DNA from: Chloroflexota bacterium
Lineage (GTDB): Bacteria > Chloroflexota > Dehalococcoidia > Lucifugimonadales > UBA3495
Assembly: GCA_027624135.1 (NCBI GenBank)
Contig: JAQBXL010000003.1
Location: 1 to 61,596 of the forward strand
DNA length: 61,596 nt
Reading direction: 5' to 3'
In this document: positions 57,488 through 61,596 of the stretch, piece by piece
Position numbering within the stretch: position 1 is the first letter of the stretch
Layout: each line of letters begins with the position of its first letter
The notes under the pieces: model-generated
Databases searched by the model: none
Seen by the model: only the letters and a program-made list of their open reading frames with translations
Told to the model about the DNA's origin: nothing
Translations under genes and position numbers: made by a program

Positions 57488-58846
57488 TTAGTTAGAAGCG
57501 GGCGGAGGCGGAAGAATCTCTTTCAACTGGCGGAACAGGCTGGTCAAGAATATTCCGATCAACAATGCCGCTATCGCCACCAGTGTCGGGACGAGCCATG
57601 GGTATCGCTCGGTGAACGGTTTCTGGGGGGCTGCGGGCAAGGTGAATTGAGGGTTTGCAGTATGGATCCCCAAATTTGCCACAGGCAGGTTCTCGGTAAC
57701 CAAGTAAGGGAAGAGATGCTCGAACTCGTATGACGGTCTATTTGCGTCGGCGTTGCCGTAGTAAAGCCGGTAACTGACTCCCGGCTCCGCCGAGAAGATC
57801 AACTTCCTTGAGATTCCACTGGCCTGGACGCTGGCAACGGACAGCGGCGCATCGTCTTCGTTGAAGATAGTCAGTCGGAAATAACGGTAAGTGGCCTCAG
57901 AATAGGCGATGGAAAGCTGGCTGCCCACGAATTTTGGTGTATTGAATTTATAGACATTCTCCGATTGGCGGAGTGGGGACCAAGATTGGTTGTCGTGACT
58001 CCCTTCCAACATAACGCGGCGGTAGAAGTTTTCCTGGGGAATGGTCAATGACAGGCGATTCGTGGGTAGCCCTGAATTCTCCAGGTCCAAGACAAATTCA
58101 GAGGTCCTCTTGGTGGCGTCTTCCACTGGGGCTGAGATTGTTATGGGATATTTCGTTTGGTGAGGCTGTATCTGCTGAGCGAAAAATACTACGGCGCCCC
58201 GCACATCCAGCGGAGCAAGTTCTCCGTCTATGATGCGGACTCTTAGGAAGCGGGCGGTGCTGGAAGGGTACTGCACTCGGGTATCCCTGGTAGTGAAACG
58301 CCGCTCGGAAATCGTGAAGTCAAAAATCTGGCGTTTGTCGTCCAGCACTCTCCAGTTTTCTCCGTCCTCGCTCCCTTCAACTACCACGTCCCGCTGAAAA
58401 TTCTGGGACGAGGTGCTTATCTCCAACTCATTGTGCAGAGCGCCTTGTTGGTTCAGATCGAGGACGAAGGTCGTGTATTGACCGGCGACGTGTCCCAAGT
58501 CCCGCATGGTCACCGATACTGATGCCCGTCTTTGCTCTCCCCTTTCAACGATCAGCTTGTAGGGTACCTCCCGCTCGCTGATCTCTTCGACGACGCGGAG
58601 GTCGGAGAGATCAGGCGCGGCATGAACATAAACATCGAAGTCTGGCGCAACTTCCACCAAGGAAGTTTCTGATGGGGTCTCTGATGAAGTTTCTGACAAA
58701 ACATCCGACACCGGAATAGATTTGAAAAACTGCCATGCCGGGGCGGAAAAATCCGATGACACGAGCGAGGCGCCAAAAAGAAACAGAGCTGCCGTCAGGG
58801 CCGCTCCCACCGGATATTTGAACCCCAACCTAAGCTTTCTGGCCAA
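57488..58846 (-). CDS. DUF3999-like membrane-anchored surface protein
   Basis: N-terminal hydrophobic segment, DLSDLRV..EVPY, two VEGS.D...W / RF.R..I repeats, YRLYYGN, C-terminal TM. Confidence 0.7.
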   Translation of the reverse strand: MARKLRLGFKYPVGAALTAALFLFGASLVSSDFSAPAWQFFKSIPVSDVLSETSSETPSETSLVEVAPDFDVYVHAAPDLSDLRVVEEISEREVPYKLIVERGEQRRASVSVTMRDLGHVAGQYTTFVLDLNQQGALHNELEISTSSQNFQRDVVVEGSEDGENWRVLDDKRQIFDFTISERRFTTRDTRVQYPSSTARFLRVRIIDGELAPLDVRGAVVFFAQQIQPHQTKYPITISAPVEDATKRTSEFVLDLENSGLPTNRLSLTIPQENFYRRVMLEGSHDNQSWSPLRQSENVYKFNTPKFVGSQLSIAYSEATYRYFRLTIFNEDDAPLSVASVQASGISRKLIFSAEPGVSYRLYYGNADANRPSYEFEHLFPYLVTENLPVANLGIHTANPQFTLPAAPQKPFTERYPWLVPTLVAIAALLIGIFLTSLFRQLKEILPPPPASN

Positions 58847-61193
58847 AGAGAAACCCCCTGATTGCCTGGCTATACCGCTGGTAGACCAACCCTACGGCCA
58901 GTAACAATCCGCCCAGAGTAACAAACGCGGCGACTCTGTAGCCTCGTTCCAGCAAGAAGATATCGAAGATGAATAGTTTCAAAACCGGGACCGCCAAGAG
59001 AGCCATCCCGGCCAGCCGTACCCTGCCCCATTGCTTGGCGATACCAACACCGATGATTCCGATGGCGTACACCGTCCATAAAACGGTTAATGATAAGTGC
59101 ATCGCGCTCAATAGATCGTCGCGTTGTTTAATCTCTTGGCTGTCGAAATACCGGACCGCTTCGGCGCTGAAGAACCATAGGGTAACGACGTTGGCCGCCA
59201 CCACAAGAATCAGAAACACGTGGACTTCATCTCGGGTCAGCCTCAGCCGGTCCCCTGCACTCTTGTAAAGATAGGCCGCAGCCACCAATGCGGCTAGAAC
59301 GATCAAGAAGACCATGAAGTGGAAGTTAATGACCGGCAGGAATGTTAACGGGTCCAACTGAACCATACCTGTATCGAACAGCAACAGTTTGAAGACCGGA
59401 ATCGCCAGCAGCCCCAAGCCCGCCCAACGCAAAGGAGCGTGCCGTTTAGCCACCCCGATAGCTAAGATTCCGAAGGCGTAGATCGTCCACATGGCGGTTA
59501 AGGTGAGGAACTTTCCGTTATCCGCGTCCTGTGGTGTCATATTGAGGGAACTAAATTGTGATTGGCTGTCAAAGTAGGCGATAGCCTCGGCGGTGAAGAG
59601 AAACAAGGTGAGGAAGTTGGCCATTCCCGCCAGGAAGGGCAAGACGTCTTTTTCCCACACTTCAAGGCGCTTCCGCTGCTTCCAGTAGAGGTAGGCGGTT
59701 ACCGAAAAGGCCGCGATGGCGACGACGAATGTGGGAAAACGCTCGTTCAGAACCGGAGTGAAATCTGACAGGTCCACCGGGGTATCAAAGATTAGGAGGC
59801 GAATGGCCGCTATCGCCAGCACTCCCAGGCCAAAGGCGCGCATGGGCCATCTTGCCAACTGGAAACCGGTCCAGACTAGGATTGCGCCTTCCGCTGCCCA
59901 AGCCACCGAGACCCAGTTTCCACTCAATTGCAACGGCACCGCAACAGTGAGGAATACCATGGCGATGGACAGGGCGAACAAGGCCACTTCCGGGGAGGTG
60001 CCCGTCCTCTTGATGGAAGCGTAAGCCACCACACCATACAAAAGCGAAATGCCCAACGTGATTCCGCCAAACCAGATCTCATATTCGTCCCATAGCACGC
60101 CAAATGTCAGGGCGTAAAAGACAGTCGCATGCAGGGTCAGCAGAGCCCGGTCGACGAAATCTGGCACGCGACGCCAGATGATATGGAATAGTGTTGTCGC
60201 GCCAACAAAAACCAAGAACACGCCGGTTAAGAACAATTCGACGAGCAGGGCGCTTTCGGAAGGGAATTGGTCTAGCCACAGGGCGAAAAGACCGTAGGAA
60301 CCGGCCATACCCACCATGGTGAACCACCGCCAATTGCGGAAGGTGGAAATGCCAAGAATTCCCAGGTCAATAACCACGATGTATACGAGAACCAGGCGTG
60401 GTTCCGGCAGGTCTTGCCCCAACAATACCGGGGTGAGGAAGGCTCCTACGAGTCCCAACAGTGCAATGACCATTGACTCGTAACGAAGCGCCAGCAGTAC
60501 GCTCAAGACCACGACCAGAACTAGGAAGAGGAAGGCAGGCAGGGGTAGGATGAGATCGTATAAGCCGAAGGCGGCGTAGATCGACAGGTAGAGAATCCCA
60601 ATGCCCCCAGCCGTGACCGGTTGGGCCCAGAGCGGGGCACGGCGTTGGCTGTACTCGCCGGCCGCCAGCATAGCTACTCCAAGGGCGATCCCAAGGGAGA
60701 TGCGCCCTACGGGACCGATCCAGTCGTTGTCGAAGGCCAGCTTGAGGAAGAAACCAGCGCCGATCGTTAAGGCTAAGGTGCCGATGATGGCGAACCAGTT
60801 TTTGCCCAGCACCTGCTCCCAGTCCACATTAAACCGTTCGATCAACCCTTCGATCGGTGGAAAGTAATCACCAAGAGTGCTTGATACGTCAGAGATCAGG
60901 GGCCTAGCCGACGGCGGGGAGCTTGCCCCCGTGGGACCGGCGCTTGGGCGCGTCATCTCCAACCGCGATAACCGGTCTTGGAGACGGTCTAGAGATAACC
61001 CCATCTGGCGGATATCTTGCCGAACGGCGCGTAGTTCCGCGTCTACAGAAGCATCATCTCCCAGGGGAGAGGGTTCCTCCGGCGGCATTTCCTGAGAGTC
61101 TGCGCGGGTCTCCAGTGGCGTTCCGCAGTAGGTACAGAATTTACTACCGGCATCGTTGTCCCGCTGGCACCCGGGGCATCGAATGGGTATCAT
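58830..61193 (-). CDS. DUF2339-family polytopic membrane protein with N-terminal zinc ribbon
   Basis: CPGC..CTYCG, WEQVLGKNWFAIIG, GGIGILYLSIYAA, GAFLTP, KLFIFD, RVAAFVTLG. Confidence 0.85.
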   Translation of the reverse strand: MIPIRCPGCQRDNDAGSKFCTYCGTPLETRADSQEMPPEEPSPLGDDASVDAELRAVRQDIRQMGLSLDRLQDRLSRLEMTRPSAGPTGASSPPSARPLISDVSSTLGDYFPPIEGLIERFNVDWEQVLGKNWFAIIGTLALTIGAGFFLKLAFDNDWIGPVGRISLGIALGVAMLAAGEYSQRRAPLWAQPVTAGGIGILYLSIYAAFGLYDLILPLPAFLFLVLVVVLSVLLALRYESMVIALLGLVGAFLTPVLLGQDLPEPRLVLVYIVVIDLGILGISTFRNWRWFTMVGMAGSYGLFALWLDQFPSESALLVELFLTGVFLVFVGATTLFHIIWRRVPDFVDRALLTLHATVFYALTFGVLWDEYEIWFGGITLGISLLYGVVAYASIKRTGTSPEVALFALSIAMVFLTVAVPLQLSGNWVSVAWAAEGAILVWTGFQLARWPMRAFGLGVLAIAAIRLLIFDTPVDLSDFTPVLNERFPTFVVAIAAFSVTAYLYWKQRKRLEVWEKDVLPFLAGMANFLTLFLFTAEAIAYFDSQSQFSSLNMTPQDADNGKFLTLTAMWTIYAFGILAIGVAKRHAPLRWAGLGLLAIPVFKLLLFDTGMVQLDPLTFLPVINFHFMVFLIVLAALVAAAYLYKSAGDRLRLTRDEVHVFLILVVAANVVTLWFFSAEAVRYFDSQEIKQRDDLLSAMHLSLTVLWTVYAIGIIGVGIAKQWGRVRLAGMALLAVPVLKLFIFDIFLLERGYRVAAFVTLGGLLLAVGLVYQRYSQAIRGFLFGQKA

Positions 61194-61425
61194 TGTCGGC
61201 TGTCTTTCCGCCGTTGTGCTATTTCTCTTGCCATATTGGGCGGAATAATAATCCCGCTGGGACAGAGATGTCTACTAAATCGCGTACCACCGGATACGGT
61301 TTGGGTAATCACCGGCGCTCTTCGACGTGACCGGGGCTGACACAGGAGACCTTTTGGGAGATGCTTTTTCCGCTAGAAAGGTATTGTAATCTCGATGTTT
61401 AAGATGTTTTTGTGCTGGTGTTGCC

Positions 61426-61596
61426 ATGAAGCGTATAGTTTTGTCTATGGTGAAGGGAGTTCCCGTATTCCTGTTTCTTCTGGTTTTGGTCGTTGGAGTT
61501 ACGGCAGGGAATCCAGTTTCTCAGCCGGAGCTCTTGTCAAAACCTGTGGAAATTCCCTTCCAGGCTATTGGCAGATCAGTCCGCGGCAGCCGCGAT
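61426..61596 (+). CDS. 5' part of an exported protein, truncated by the window edge
   Basis: MKRIVLSMVKGVPVFLFLLVLVVGVTAGNP...AIGRSVRGSRD; signal-peptide-like, open to the edge. Confidence 0.5.
   Translation, partial: MKRIVLSMVKGVPVFLFLLVLVVGVTAGNPVSQPELLSKPVEIPFQAIGRSVRGSRD

Noticed and set aside
61426-61596. IGRSVRG as an M14 carboxypeptidase motif
   Set aside because: Too little sequence before the window edge to support a family call.

Overview
A high-GC bacterial chromosomal segment of mostly housekeeping genes. The gene mix (LLM monooxygenase, GMC oxidoreductase, TRAP permeases, NHL and DUF1800 proteins, long-form GreA, T-box) suggests Chloroflexota, probably Dehalococcoidia/SAR202-like; this is inference from gene content. 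About 52 CDS are recognisable: tRNA modification and charging (queG, mtaB, tsaD, tilS, gltX, glnS), an RluD-like synthase, folate (folP, folK), central metabolism (pccB-like, fused accD-accA, fumC, ilvB, a very divergent PEPCK-like protein), a groEL without groES, Fe-S maturation genes and several uncharacterised proteins. Non-coding features include a T-box riboswitch with an Ile specifier before ilvB, one IS1182-family element inserted at CTAG, REP-like palindromes and many short tandem duplications. No rRNA, tRNA or CRISPR array was seen. Best leads: (1) a peroxiredoxin split in the ORF track because its catalytic codon is an in-frame TGA, probably a selenoprotein; (2) GreA fused to an integrase core-binding-like domain, with twin 21-bp repeats upstream; (3) PEPCK-like and AccDA proteins with substituted catalytic motifs; (4) an IS whose transposase and the neighbouring host gene take their stop codons from the same CTAG. 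All family calls come from motif recognition by eye, not database searches.
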